Assembly (NCBI RefSeq): GCF_006345805.1
Contig: NC_043000.1
Coordinates: forward strand, 125,674,001-125,738,000
Length of the DNA stretch: 64,000 nt
From: Octopus sinensis
Lineage: Eukaryota
Direction: 5' to 3'
The notes below the pieces were generated by a model. That model searched no databases and was not told the origin of the DNA. It saw only the letters and a program-made list of their open reading frames with translations. Both the position numbers and the translations under genes were made by a program. This document shows positions 25,056-39,661 of this stretch, in pieces. The first letter of the stretch is position 1, and each line of letters begins with the position of its first letter.

Positions 25056-28000
25056 CCCTCTATACACAATCATACAAACCCCTTTATATATATATACACA
25101 CTCACACAGATAGGGAGAGACAGGGAAACTACCAGATGTGTGTGTGTTTGGTACATCTCTCTCTCTCTCACTCTCTCTCTCTCTCTCTCTCTCTCAGCTG
25201 ACCAAAGCCTTGTGAATGGACTTGGTAGAGTGAACCAGATAAAAGCCAGACATAAATATGTATGTATGAATGTGTGTATGTATGCCTGTGTGTGTATGTT
25301 TGTATGTATGTATAAGTATACATCCCCTCCTTTCATCACCATCCCTTCTTTTTCTTGTCTTTTTCTTGAAGTTATCCTTATTTTCATTGTTTTGGATTTC
25401 TTTCGTTTTCCTTTTATCTCCCTAGGGAATTCACTGGAAAGCTTTTTCCATTTACTTTTCTGTTTCTTTTAAATTTATTTACGGTACACCTTCATATTTT
25501 TTCCTCGGCTGTCTTGAAATTTTCAGTTAACATCTTAACCAAAGTAAACAGATGGCTCATCTATGTAAGTTGATCTTAACATGGAGCCCCTCAACCGCAG
25601 GGGCTTAGTGATGACCCTGGGTATGTTTAAGTCCTGGTAACTTAGCAGTTCAGCAAAAAAGGGCCGATAGAATAAGTACTAGTGTTACAAAGAATAACTT
25701 CAAGGGTTGATTTCTTCAATTAAAACCCTTTAAGGTGATGCTCCAACATGGCCACATTCAAATGTCTGAAACAAGTAGAGGAATAAAAGAACATATATAT
25801 ATGGTATAAAAGAAGCATTGACATTTCAGTCACACCTCAATTTCAACAATGTGTATTCAGGAAATGGCACTGAAGCATGTAACATAGGCCCAACATCACA
25901 TACAGGACCCAGGGTGAGTTATTGAGGCTTCCTTTGCAGGGTGAGGTCTTGCATAACTATACAATGCAGTATGTGCATGTGTGTATATAATGTCGAGTTA
26001 GCTGGGCATCTCCCACTTAAATTACTTTTAATATAGCCAGGATCTCTTCCATCTTGGCATATTTTCATTTTATCTCTTGTCAAACCAAAAACTAATAAGA
26101 ATAAAATCAATCGTGTCAGTGAAATAAGTTTCCCATGGAAGATTATTAGAAACAGTGGAACGGTCCTCTTCAATACATGCTGCATGGATAGACGGGTAGA
26201 TGTTGGTGGATAATTTGGGTGGTGATGGATATTAAGCCGAGTTTTTCTCTTGGGGTTTAGTAACATAAAAGAAACTAACTTTTAAGAGCCGAAAATTTTT
26301 TTTGTTTTTTTTTTTTTTCTATTTTTCCATTTTTAACATTTATTAATTTTGATTTTTAAACACACATTCTGTTTTGACTTCCATTCTTGTTTTCTGCAAA
26401 GAATAGACAATGTGAATAGAAAATGTCATATAATAATGAAAACAAAAGAGATAAAATTAATATTCAGATATTTGATTTCTTGTTTCTGTTTGATCTTTGA
26501 CTAGAAAGAGTTTAACTATTGTGAATGGTTCTTTCATTTAAATTTGGCATCTTCCATCAATTTGGCTATTTTCAAAAGTTTTGTAAACTTGCTAAATTCA
26601 TTTATTTCCAGTTTAGTCTACATCTCTACATTATATTGCATTAAATATTTCAAAGTCTATACAATTATCTTGATATCTTAAACAGATTTTCGAAAATTCT
26701 GTTTGTTCTGTTAATATAATGTATGCTTATGGATGCATACTCATAAACAACACACACACACATTTTTCTTTGAATAAGATATATTTTTAATTCTTCAGGC
26801 TACAGTTTCTTTAAAGCCCTTCAATACAAATAAACAAGCACATACAAAATTTTAATTTCATTTTCATAAATATATATTTTTGTGTGTATGTGTATATAGA
26901 CACACACACATACACAAATACATACACACACAAATATACACCGAGCTAGTAGACATGTTCCATATGAAGTTTTCTTTCTAATAGCTTCTTCACTTTGCTT
27001 ATCTTCAAACCTCTCTCTCTGCTTATGTTTATGTATCTGAATGAAGTAATGACAAGAGCATTATTATTACAGTCTGTTTTTTTCTTTTTTTTTCTTTTTA
27101 CATTTGGTAGTTCCCCCCTCCCTTTCTTTGCAATACAAGATTTACATTTTACTACACATGAGGTAAAAATTTCCACCTATTAAATCTGTATTCTCTTCAT
27201 ATCTTTTTTCGCAAGCCTTTACAACTGGTGTTTCTATTTCTTTTACTTGGATTTCCAATAGAGTTGGTATCTAATCTCGTTTTTGCCAATGTTATTTAGC
27301 TTTTGAATCTAGTCTTACTTTTTCAATGTAAACCCATCTATATAAATGTAATTTAAAATCTAAATGTTACAGTATAGAAGTTTCTGACTAAAATAATGCA
27401 CATATCCTATGGGGGAACTCAGCAATACATGAAGCACAATTCCTTTTACTCTGCCCATTATTATGAATTATAAGACTATTCTTGATAGGTGCTGGTGTGG
27501 CCCTAGTAAGGGGTTTGCTTCTCAAACATATGCTTTCATGTTCATTCTCATTGTGTGGTACCTAGGCTAGGTGTCTTTTACTGACTAAAGCTCACTGACT
27601 AAAGCTTTTAAAAAAGATTGAAAATATATAATAGAAGCATTGGAAGCAGTGATCCAGCATGGCCACAAACCTGTAGCTAAAACCAATAAAAGAATAGAAA
27701 ATCTTTTTTAAATAATATTTTCTTGCAAGCATAAAAAATTGGATGTTCAAATGATGATAAGGATGGGGAACTACTTTTAACTTACTTGTGGCCAACTTAG
27801 TAAGTAAAGTGAAACTTTAAAAAAGGTAAAAAAAAAAAAAACTAGTGTGGTTAATAAGTTCAGTTTTTGACCATCTGGTTCCACATCCAATTTCACTGTG
27901 CAGCAGCACCCTGGGCAAATATCTGCTATTATGTCCTTAGGTTGACCCACGCCTTGTGAATGGGATTTGTTGGTGAAACTGTGAGAAGTTTATCATGTGT

Positions 28001-28083
28001 GTTTATATTTATGCTGTGTCCCTTTATGTCTTGTAAACTAGCAGTTCAGCAAAAGGAGATCAATGTAATATGTACCAAGTTAA

Positions 28084-28297
28084 CCCTTTTGTTACTGTAT
28101 TTATTTTGAGATGCTTTCTGTTTCCTTCAATTACTTTAAATATTACAAAGAATTTAGTAAAATAACTTAGTTGTCATTAAACTAGTGTTAGGAACATAAA
28201 TTGTGACTAAGATTTGGTGGAAGATGAAAAACTTATGAAAACAAGACATTTGTACTCAGAGCCAGAGCCAGTTTCAGCCTGGTTGGTAACGAAAGGG
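28084..28297. mobile_element. piggyBac-type MITE (~214 bp) inserted in a SINE
   Basis: TTAA|cccttttgttac ... gtaacgaaaggg|TTAA; same TIR as 1509-2594. Confidence 0.85.
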
Positions 28298-31200
28298 TTA
28301 AAGTAAGTACTAACTTCAAACGGTTTATTAAACCATTGGAAGCACTGATCCAGCATAGCCACAAACCTGTAACTAAAACCAATAAAAGAATAGAAAATCT
28401 CTTTTAAATAGTATTTTCATGGTTTTTGTTTAAGCTGTAGTATCAAAATATGGAGGACATAGAAAGTGCATACAGACCAAGCAGAACATCTTTGATGAGG
28501 AAGATTTCTCAGTATTGTAATTTCTAATCAGATTTTTTTTTTTAATTGTTAAATTAAATATGGATTCTCTTCAACTGCTGATTATTGGTGTTAGTTTCTA
28601 GTGAGATTATGGTGTGATCTGGGATTTAAACAGGAACCTCAGCTGCTATTTAAATATTCAAAAACTGCAAAATGCACTGTCACTGAGAGACATTAATTAT
28701 CTTAATGTTTCTTTTTTGACAATCTTTGTGTATAAACTGAGATCAAGTTTGGTGAAATAACATTTCTCTAAATCAATCTTTTATGAAGTTCTCTAAATTC
28801 ATAGCAAAAGCAATAAATTTAAAAGATACGATTACATGATATAATAGGAATATTTAGTTCTTGTAATATGAAATGTTGTTGAAGAAACTGTACCATTTTG
28901 CGAGGGTAGTGCTATCTTGTTTAATTGTCATGAATCATTTCTGTCTTTTCTGAAGAAGATTAAATGCTAATAAAACAGTTTTCCTGTTCAAGTATAGCAA
29001 TCAAATTATTTTGGTAGATTTTCTCAACTCAGTCTTTGAAACGACTGTTGACCTTTTCGAAGAGACTTGATCTGACCGTATTTATTTCCTGGTGTAGTTT
29101 ATAGAGTCGTTCATTACTTTACAATCCATTTTACATGAAAGAAATGTCATAGGGTGATTTTGTGTATATGTCTAAGTGTGGCAGGTATTTAAGGGATTTA
29201 GAAATTTCTGTGATTTGCATAGGAACTGTAAAACAGGATATGGTTGAAGTAGTGAAGTCACATAATTTTTCCATTCAATGTCCAAGACAATTGGTTTCAA
29301 TTTTGTTTGTAAATAGCAGGCAGAGAAGTGGGGATTAAGATACAAAGGATTTATGAGAAGGTTTAATCCTGATAAATATTTACATTTAACTGGATACACA
29401 TCCCTGACAAATCTTGATGATAAGCACCTTGTTTATAAATGATATAAGTTGTTTGCAAGAGGCGTAAATGTAAAATCTTCAATGGACAGCAACAAAATTA
29501 GGCATAACAATCATCCAGGAAGTTACATGATATCTTTGTATTAAAAACACAACTCACAATCTGTCATACACACCCCCTCTATATCTGCATGTTTCAGGTT
29601 GGTGTCAAAGGCTTTAGAAAATCATCTCATCTCATGAAATGTCCTTCTTCTGAATATTTTGGAAATTTTGTATTATTTTTTCTAAATTTCTGATTTATAC
29701 AAACACAAAAGAAAGCTGCACAACCACTGCATTTACAATTTCCATAAACAGTTTTGCATATTGTTGAAGATATTTCAACTTGCCAACTCAGACAACTAAA
29801 GAGAAAAATCTCTGATATGCATTTATTTCTCTTTATATGTGCAAGCTTTGTGAAATCCCTTGCTGTAGCTCATTCTTTTAGAATGGCTCTAAATTCACAG
29901 TAGATAGAATTCTTTGGGGTTTTTTGGGCTTTTTTTTTTCATTTTTTCTCTCCCAAATTGCACAATTCATCTGAAGCTTCTGTTTATGATGGCTGTAGGT
30001 TGCTGATGTTTGCTAATGAGGTTATATATGAATAATGTCTGGAAGGTGATGGAGAGTTTAAATAGCCAAGTGATGAGTGAGAGCTAAGAAGGAATAAGTA
30101 ACACACATCCATCATAGATACCCCATGACAGTCATCTATTGTCCTTATAAAATAAACTCTGAAAACTTTTAGAGATGGAAACGCACACTGCCAAGCAAAT
30201 GGCCTTGCACTACAGACCCTTGTGTATGAATAACCACAACTAAAGGCCTCACAGTCGCTACAAATGATAGGCATCACAAACTCTGACAATATTTCATGGT
30301 AACTTCACATCAGTGTTACGTTTTTGGATTTGGTTTGCAAGATTCTTTATATGAGTTCATGTGTTGAAGCATATTCTGTTGTGTCTGGGGAGAGTCATTT
30401 TCTTTTTATGCCTTATAACACACTCACCGGTAAAATTTCCACTTGTTTCTTATTTTTATTTTCCTAAAATTTTCGTTGCTTCTTGCAACCTTTTCGATAG
30501 TCTTGACTATAATTCACATCAGTGACTTTACGTCTATCATTGCCAAAATTGCATCTGAGAACCTAGTTAGGATTCATCTTCATGGCCAGGAAAACAATTC
30601 CTCCCTGATCAGCTGATGACTCTTATAAAGCTCTAGCGTGTTCCACACTAAACCTCATGTATTTAATATGATGCTGGTAAACACATCTATACATTAGTGT
30701 ACACACACACACATCCACATTTTTAAAAAATACCAATCTAGCTGAATGTCAACATCATGCATCAACCCAATCCAACATCTAATTGTTAATTTATTGCTTT
30801 TTCTCTGCACCCATTCTACGACTAAAAATAATATCTGCTCCTTTTAAAACCCCTATCCAAGCCCATTTGTTGCACCCAGCTCTCTTTCTCTTGTCTTCTC
30901 TACTAAGATCTTCCTTTAAATAATTTGTCCAATCATATCTTTAAAACAGCATTATACTCTAATTCCTTCTCTCACTACATTTTCCTTCAAGATGTTAGTC
31001 AGCCTGTAGAAATCTTTAAAAATCAAACATCAGCTATTCTGATCTCACCTGAGTTTACAAATGTCATAGATGCTGCCCTCCTCCTCTAATTAATAAAGAA
31101 GGGTTAGGATTAATGACATATGGGAACTCATTAGTGTAAAATCTTTCCATAATATCTTCATTCCAAAGGTGCCTTAGTCTTTGGTTTCAGTTACATTTTA

Positions 31201-31763
31201 TTGAAGTTTTCAATAGCATTCTGTGACTGGTCACCTTTCCCTACGTCAGAAAAATGGTTCTTCCTTCTTTATGCATATTTTCCTGTTGCATTTATTTCCT
31301 TTTCAAGATTGGTATTTAGCTCTAGAACATGCAAGTGGCCGAGTATTCCACAGACACATAGATGATAAGGTTGTGAATTCAATTTCCAGGAGTGCAATGT
31401 GTCCTTGAACATGGCACTTCATGTTGCTCCAGTTCACTCAGCTGACAGAAATGAGTAGTCCCTATATTTCAAAGGACTAGTCTTGCTATATTCTGTGTCT
31501 GCCTAAAAATTATGTTAAGGGTACACAAATCTCTAGAGTGCTCAGCTACTTGCATCTTATTTTTACAAGGAGGCTGTTCTGCTAATCAGATTTGCTGGAA
31601 CCCTCATCGACTTAACCAACAGATGTTAGTTATTTATTATTCAAATTTACAGAAAACAAAAGATGAAGACAGGTGAACGAGTGGCAAGCAGGTATATTTG
31701 CTAGTTATTTTAGCTCTACAAAATGTAGGAACTTTTGAAATTGTTAAAAAAAAAAACAACTTT

Positions 31764-32015
31764 TTAATCCTTTTCTGATGATATTTCTAATGAAATTCAC
31801 TACCTCTGTTTTAATTAATGTTTAATATTTTCGATTAATATTTAAATAATAAAAAAATTGGAGATAATTAGTAAACTAATTTCTTTATTTGTAAGTTTAT
31901 GTTTGGAACATGATAAAAGATTCTTACATGAAATTCTAAGGATTTGTTTTAATTTTCATATAAACACTTTAAAATGGAACTTTAGTTTCAAGCGTGTTGG
32001 TATCATAAGGGTTAA
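31764..32015. mobile_element. Old TTAA-flanked MITE related to the piggyBac MITEs
   Basis: ttaatccttttctgatg ... ggtatcataagggttaa ends; weak interior similarity to the other MITEs. Confidence 0.4.
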
Positions 32016-32476
32016 TTAATCAGAGTTGTATACCAGTGGAAGGAAATAAAATATATTTATGACTTCATCATGCATTGATCAGTTATATGTAATCTATTTG
32101 CTGACAACTGAGAATTGCATTATTCTTCCACCAATCAACATCGTTTAACATCCATTTTCCATGATGTAATGATAATAAAAATAATGAGCCATTACTTTAA
32201 TCAAGGCAGAAGTGTTGTATAGCGACAAATAACAGTTAGTATTTTCTGTACCAGAAGGAGAGATTTGGCTGTTATCTTTAGCAAGTTGAACAATTACATA
32301 GGAGCTCTACAGGATCACACAACTTGTGACAAATAGCAGCTAAATTTTCCTCCAGTCAAATACCACCATATTAAAACAATGAAGAGTATACATTATATAA
32401 TATAATAGTATGTGTCTTTCAAAAGATGTGATGGTCGTGACTGGAATGCCTTTAATCATAGATTTATTGCCTTTAA

Positions 32477-32696
32477 CCCTTCCGTTACTAACCCAGCTAA
32501 AACCAGCTCTGGCTCTGAATACAAATGTCTTGTTTTCATAAGTTTTGAATTAAAATTTTCCACCAAACCTTAGTCACAATATATGTTCCTAACTCTAGCT
32601 TAATGATAACTAAGTTATTTTACTAAATTCTTTGTTATATTTAAAGTAATTGAAAGAAACACTGAGCATCTCAAAATAAATGCAGTAACGAAAGGG
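32477..32696. mobile_element. piggyBac-type MITE, inverted relative to 28084-28297
   Basis: TTAA|cccttccgttac ... gtaacgaaaggg|TTAA; interior is the reverse complement of the 28 kb copy. Confidence 0.85.
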
Positions 32697-33271
32697 TTAA
32701 TCAAGACTGATCTAGGGAAACAAGATTTGAACTTAGGATCTAGAGAAACAAAATTAAATGCAACAACTACAATACTTCATTTTCTTTTATTTTGTTTCAT
32801 TTTATTTTCCAATTTGACATAAGCTATAAGATATATATATATATATATATATATTTCATATACATTGAAGACAAGATATATATTTCAAAATATTTTGAAG
32901 AAAGGATATATCATCATCCAGAAATTTTAAATAGTAAACATATTGAAAACTGTGCTTTTTTTTCTTCTCCTGTCTCCATAAAATGTAATATTGTAAGAAT
33001 TCTAATTATTGTGCATAAACTTTATTGAAAATGTGAACTATAAAAGTGCAATGGCATAAATAAAATGGCTTCTTTATTATTAGAGATTATAGACAAAAAA
33101 GAAATTACATTTCCTATCTTACATCTATTAGCTTTCAGTTGACTTTGACTTTTCTTTTAGAGATTTTTATTTTGTTTTTACATATTATACACCTATGTGT
33201 GTGTGTGTGTGTGTTTTTGAAATATTTAATTTTTTTGTTCATCTTTTTTTCTTCTTTTTCTCTGTCACTAG

Positions 33272-33452
33272 GTTCTGGCAAATCATATACTATGATGGGA
33301 ACAGCAGACGAGAAAGGAATAATACCTCGTTTGTGTGATGCCCTTTTTGAGAAAATAGCCACAAATGATGACCCTGATTTGACCTACAAAGTAGAAGTAT
33401 CATATATGGAAATATATAACGAGAAAGTTCATGATCTTCTGGATCCAAAAGG
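33272..33452 (+). CDS. KIF13: Kinesin-3 (KIF13A/B, Khc-73-like) motor-domain exon containing the P-loop end
   Basis: Polypyrimidine tract plus ctag| acceptor at 33271; encodes (G)SGKSYTMMGTADEKGIIPRLCDALFEKIATNDDPDLTYKVEVSYMEIYNEKVHDLLDPK(G); donor GG|gtaagt at 33453; 181 nt. The ending 'DLLDPKG' is characteristic of KIF13. Confidence 0.95.
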
Positions 33453-35236
33453 GTAAGTAAAACAAAATGGAGACTTATTAAATCAATTACTTTTCAATCC
33501 TGCAATAACGTAATCTGAAATGGATTGTCTCCCTTACAATAGCTGCTGACCACTAGGGGCAAACCATGTATATATAATCTCCATTTGTTCTTCAATTATT
33601 ATGGTGTTTGATTTTAAAGGGTGGAGTCCTGCTTCTGTTTCATTGTTATGTTGTTGTGAACAAAAGCATAAGATTACTGATAATAATAGAAACGCTAATA
33701 ACATACAATCAATGAGAGGATAGGTAAATAGACGCTAAATGTAATAAAGAAGAGGGGGGAAAATATATAACATAGAAACAATTTCAAAAAATGTAACATT
33801 AAAGGTGTTTGTGGGCGTTTAGAATCTCACAGCACATAAATGTATGGTGTTATATTTGTATAAGCAGCATGTTTGGCTCTTGGTTTGATATGAGAATCAA
33901 CATACATCAAAGATTATTGCTAAATCCCTTGTTCTTCGTGTTTGTCATGGAAACATTGACATGGGAGTTCAGGCATGAGAGCTCGTCTATGTTAATGCCG
34001 CTACAATAATTAGATGAATCCATTAAGCCCAAAGATTGTATACAAGTTTGATCTCAAATCAAAGGGCCTTCACATCCCAAATTTTCCTGCAGTAAATATG
34101 ACACTATGCTCCAGAGCACAGGGTCCAGTAAATGGCCTGTGTGCTGTTTTTCTGGATGGTAGCAGTAGTGGTGGTGATGGAAACTGTGCAATAACTGTCT
34201 TCTGACATTGGTGGTAGAACTGCGGCTCAGTGAAGAAGACTCTGTACAGTCATTTGACTAGCTAGAAATAACAGTCAAATCTCTCTCAAACTACACACTA
34301 CTGTTGAAAAAAAAAAAAAAGAAGACACTGGATAATGCTGTCCTTGTTACATTGGATGGTCATGGTTAGAATTCCTTTAATTATAGGTCTTATTGACCTA
34401 GGCTAATTTAAGGCTAAACAACAACCATTAAGTTAATGAATACTTTATTTAATGGCATACAAGACACACTTTTTCCTCCAAAAATATCTCAAAATATCCC
34501 TGCAGCTCCTATATGTGAAGTTGGGCCTCCCAGAATTTTTTCTTGATTAATCACTTCTGAAATTTGGTGCATCTAATATGCTTGTGCATCTTTTATGCCA
34601 TCAAACACAGAAATAAATCCGACATGAAGATTAAACTGAAACCCAAGTCTGAAAGCCATGTCTGAAAACCAAAAAATAAATCCGATGTGAAGATTAAACT
34701 GAAACCCAAGTCTGAGTTCAAATGCAAAGCATATTCTAGAAACATCTTTCTATGTTGGTTGTTTACTATCTCAAATTGTATTGTAAATTGCATTGTAGTA
34801 ATAGCAGCAGCAGATTAAACAGAAACCAGAATCACTTTACTGGAAACATTAACTCTTTGAAAGAGATACATAAACAGTGTATGAGTAAACACGATACGAG
34901 AACATTTACAGAAATAGATAAATATACTATAAAGATATTAGTCAGACCTGTTGATAATGGGAAGACAGTTTTAGCATATATGTGTAATGTGTGTGTGTGT
35001 GTATGTTTACAAAGAAGTGGTTGACAGTGACTTTGAAGTGTCAGTGAGGGTTAGCTTTATCAGACTGTCTGCTGAATCCAGCCCACAGTAAACTTTGAAG
35101 TCACTATCAACATTTTCCTTGTTAAAAATATACTTAAATGTATTAAGTGATCAGTCGGTTAATATTTGGCTGGTTTTTATGTGTGAATACATAAAAATAA
35201 TGCGCATTATTTGGCTGTGTGAGCATCGTGTGTGTG

Positions 35237-35274
<38 letters not shown>

Positions 35275-35830
35275 AGACAGAATATAGAACAATGTTGGTG
35301 ACTTGATCATTATAAGTATTTATAAATCACTTTCAAAAGAAACTTGACAATCTATTGAAAATATAAACACTGGTTAGCTGAAGAGAATGGCTGTTTATTG
35401 CTAAAACAAAGAACCATAAGCTGGTCACTTGCTTGTTGGCAACACATAAAACAGTGCAGACATCTATATATTATGTTCCTAGAAGATAAATAGCTCGATG
35501 CTTAATCTATTTATGTTGATGCAAATATATTCATATTAGTGAACAAAAGTGTATTGAACATCAGAAGAAGATTGTCTCAAAACCCAACAGGGTGTATGAA
35601 GATAGACTATAAGGAATACACTATTGAATATTGAAAAACATTCTGTACAAATAAGGCAGCACCACTAACGTCAACTGTGAATCATAAGAAATTGGTAGTG
35701 ACAAAATAAAATGGTAGAACTATTACGGTCATCATTATCTTTTCATGTCTACTCTCCATGCTGTTGTTATGGGTAGGATGGCTCCTCCTGGTCTGAGATA
35801 GTCCTTACATGGTATTACTACCCACTCCAA

Positions 35831-36063
35831 GGCGGTGAGCTGGCAGAAGCATTAGCACACTGGGCGAAATGCTGAGTGGTATTTCGTCTGCTGCTACGTT
35901 CTGAGTTCAAATTCCGCCGAGATCGACTTTGCCTTTCATCCTTTCAGAGTCAATTAAATAAGTACCAGTTACACAGTGGGGTCGATGTAATCGACTTAAT
36001 CCGTTTGTCTGTCCTTGTTTGTCCCCTCTGTGTTTAGCTCCTTGTGGGTAGTAAAGAAATAGA
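35831..36063 (+). mobile_element. SINE family A, full length with TSD
   Basis: Flanked by tattactacccactccaa (35813-35830) and tattactacctactcaa (36064-36080). Confidence 0.85.
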
Positions 36064-36681
36064 TATTACTACCTACTCAAGTGGGTTAGGGACCACATCT
36101 CACTTATATGTGAGTATGGAGCTTTAATGCCATCTTGTAGGGAAATGGATTTGGGGAGGAAGAAAAAGAAGCTTATATATTTATAAATCAATGATTTAAG
36201 AAAAAATTAAGGACAAACACCTTAATTGCTATTACAACGAATCTGCTGCACAAGGAAGTAAAATAAGTTAAAGTAGGATGCAGGCAGTGATGTAGATTCA
36301 CTCTGACTTTTAAGATATGATGTCAAGAAGAAATAATATAATAATATCTAATATATAATCACATTATATGTTTCACATTTCTAATGTCATAAATTGGAAA
36401 ATAAGGGAACTAAAAGACATATGAAGGAAAGTGAGTAAAATTATGGCAGATTGAATTTATAATTCATCACCTAAAATCTGTTAACATTTGAAATACATAT
36501 TTGATACATTCCCACAGAGAAAACTACAGTAATGAGATTTATGAAAATATCTTTTAAAATAGAAACATTTCAGATGAAGTTAAAATATTTTATCTGAGAT
36601 AAATTTAGTTAGATGTGAGTCTACAAGGGAAAGTCTATGAGGTCACTTGTTTTGTTTTATCTGTCTATACAGTGTCTAAAC

Positions 36682-36980
36682 GTGGAGGCACATGGCCTAG
36701 TGGTTAGAGCAGCGGACTCGCGGTTGAGGGATCGCGGGTTCGAATCTCAGACTGGGCAATGTATGTGTTTATGAGCAAAACACCTAAGCTCCACGCAGCT
36801 TCAGCAGAAGGTAATGGCGAACTTCTACTGACTCTTTCGCCACAACTTTCTTTCACTCTTTCCTCCTGCATCTTGCAGGTCACCTGTGACGGGCCGGTGT
36901 CCCGTCCTGGTGGGGAACCTATATGCCAAGAAACCGGGAAACTGGCCCTAATGAGCCAGGCATGGCTCGAGAAGGAACAA
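36682..36980 (+). mobile_element. Young tRNA-derived SINE, family C, with a 13-bp TSD
   Basis: A-box tggcctagtggttagagc and B-box ggttcgaatc; acagtgtctaaac at 36669-36681 and 36981-36993. Confidence 0.85.
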
Positions 36981-37119
36981 ACAGTGTCTAAACCTTTTAC
37001 AGTGCTTACTGAGACTGATGAAAGGGATGTAGGAAGGTATCCACAGACTAGAGGTCTGACCCAAATGCATACAACAGAGTGGACTCTGCTAAAGACATCC
37101 TAAGGTGCCGGACAAAAGC

Positions 37120-37297
37120 ATGTGACCTGTCGAAATAGCCAAGCCACTCTCAAATCACAGTCAGTTGTCTTAGGAAAAGAAATGACACTTTGGATAATGT
37201 TATTGCACATATCTCTAAAATGATAGGATTGTTATGTTTGAAATCCTTTAACCATAGGTCTGTTGGATCAGGATTGACTTGGGGATAAATAACAACC
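37120..37297 (+). repeat. Dispersed repeat family E (old SINE or LINE tail); further copies near 160, 955, 14120, 16640, 20560, 32320, 34240 and 53880
   Basis: Shared consensus ctagaaatagcagccaaatctctctcaaatcacac...ggtcatggctggaatgcctttaatcataggtc...aaacaacaac. Confidence 0.6.
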
Positions 37298-39661
37298 ACA
37301 TAATCAGTAATGATTACTGAGTGTTGTGCAAACAGAAAAATCTGAAAAGAAGTAGTAAACGATATTGATAGTCTGGTATTCACATATCAGTCCTCCTAAT
37401 GTGTCTTATCAAAATTGAGAAACCATGAATAATTTCGAAGTGGAGGGAAGTAAAGTACTTGTAAAGAATGGAATTTCAAACCATCCTTAGAATATTAACA
37501 TTAGGAATGATAAATAAAATTGAAGTTCCTGAAAAACTCTAATTCCTGATAATTTTGCAGACAAAGGATTTCTTGGTTAAGAGAGCCAAGTCTGGCTTCC
37601 CATCCTTACCGTTGCCCTTAATCTCATTGGCATTACACTTATCTATTAGACAGTTTTCCTGTAACTTACAGCAAAGACCTTTATCTCCTTATGGAATTTA
37701 TTTATGGAACATGTTTAGAGATATACTACAGTGCAGGTGGTGCCCCCAATAATCTGAAGACTAATTAAGATACAGTTATCACCTGCAACTTACACAATCA
37801 CTGATTAAAATGATGTGAAAATAATAATTTAAAACAGAAAAAGGAAAAGAATTCACTTGGAGCTCTCTTGGTTTGTATGACATGGAGAAGCCCAAACTTG
37901 TCTAAGTACTTCATGTATATTAAATTCTCTGGGATCGCTCTGACCCTGTGGTTCTCAACCAATTTTTGCCTATAGACTTCTTTGATTCTTGTTTTATTTA
38001 CTGGACCCTTATCCATTTAATGTATACAAAAAAAATCCTACTGTATTTTTGTGATTAGATGTTATTATAAATTCTATATAAAAAAAATTTAAATATCTTG
38101 TGTATTGGAGAAGTATAAGCATTTTATTACACGTAAATTTTAACAATAAAATTTATATGGACTTCCAAGGGTCATATGGGCCCAGGTTGAAAACCACTGG
38201 ACTCACCCAAAGATTATGCAATCATTAAAGACTTGGACACAAAATACCTATTTTTTTTTACTTGGGTATTTTCAGTAGATTATTGTGTATACACTATATT
38301 TCGTGCTTGAGCTTCCCCCTTCGTTTGTTTCTGTGACCAAACATTGATACAGAAACCGGAAAAAGAAAAGAAAAAAAAGTAAATAAAAAGTTACTACAAT
38401 TAAAAGAAAATTCCTTAATGCAAATGAACTTGTGTATAAAACAAAAACGAAAAAAAAACATAGTCAAGTATTTAATAACTCATTAAGGCTATTTTAAGAC
38501 TCATGACTGACATAATATTTTTATACAATGGAAGCTAATTGCATCATACGGTAATGAACACTTTTCATGTGACAGCTTGTTTGTTTGCGTGAGTGGGTGT
38601 GTGGGTTTGTGTGTATGTGTGTGTGTTGTAGTACATGTCTGTATATGTTGCTGAGTTAGAACTTAGAGCTTTTTCATTCAACATGGGAGGCATAATACCC
38701 TTTTGTATGTACCCTCGAATCTACACTAAACACTTGTAAATAAATCAGCCCCACACATCATCATCGATGTCATTTGTGCATCCATTTTCCCCTTGATGGT
38801 CAGGGTAGGATAGGCAATCTTTTATGACTTAGGCCTATCCTGACAGCAATTCTTTTACCTGTCTTTTACAACATGCAAGGCTGTGCTTATTCTAAACACT
38901 GGTGTCCGCATAGCTGTGCATATGTGTAGATATACACATGCATACTCATATGGCTGTGTGTATTTATACATACATGTATGTATGTATACATGTATGTATA
39001 CATGTATGTATGTATATGTGAAGGCATGTGGATTAAAAGTTAGGGTGTTGCTCTTTCAGTTTCATGATTGTGGTTTCAATCCAGGACCAGGTGGCAATTC
39101 TGGACAGGGCAGCAATCCTGGACCAGGCAGCGATTCTGGACTAAGCGGTGATCCTGGACTGGGATGTGTGTAATTTCCATGAGCAAAACACTTCGCTTCA
39201 TGTTACTTAAGTCCACTTAGCTACAAAATGAGTACCAGTTAGCTAAGCCAAGCCTGATATGCTGCATTAGATCTGCATTCACTTCGACATCTGGCAACCA
39301 ATGCACCAATGCATTGCACAAAGGGTAAAATTGTTATATTTATTGCACTCATGTTTTCCAGACACTTGTTTGTCATTGTCTCTCTGTGAAATACAGTAAA
39401 CCAGATTCTGATCCATTGGAAGGTACCAACCAATGAAGCTGTAATTTAAAAAATGCATGGTTTAAGGTGGGATAAATAAAAAGAAAAGTGTTTTGTTGAC
39501 CAAATTGCAATTAGTAATGTCTTTCAATATTCCAACCTGGTTCCTGGTCTTACCAATTCTCTCCAAACTATTTATTTCTACATATCTGTGTGTGTGCATG
39601 TGTGCACATTCTTGATTTCTTGTTCTCACTCTTGAATATTATTATTATTAATAATAATAAT

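Noticed and set aside
29040-29111. aacgact...agtcgtt closing stem, possible small ncRNA
   Set aside because: Only 7 bp of pairing and no recognisable snRNA, snoRNA or ribozyme motifs.
33139-33271. 5' part of the 105-aa ORF upstream of GSGKS
   Set aside because: Intronic (TG)n and polypyrimidine tract; the real exon starts at the AG acceptor at 33271.
34611-34714. ~40 bp direct repeat (aaataaatccga...ctgaaacccaagtctga) twice
   Set aside because: Simple local tandem duplication with no further structure.
36684-36755. tRNA-like sequence
   Set aside because: It is the head of a SINE that continues into a body and is flanked by a 13-bp TSD; no proper acceptor stem.
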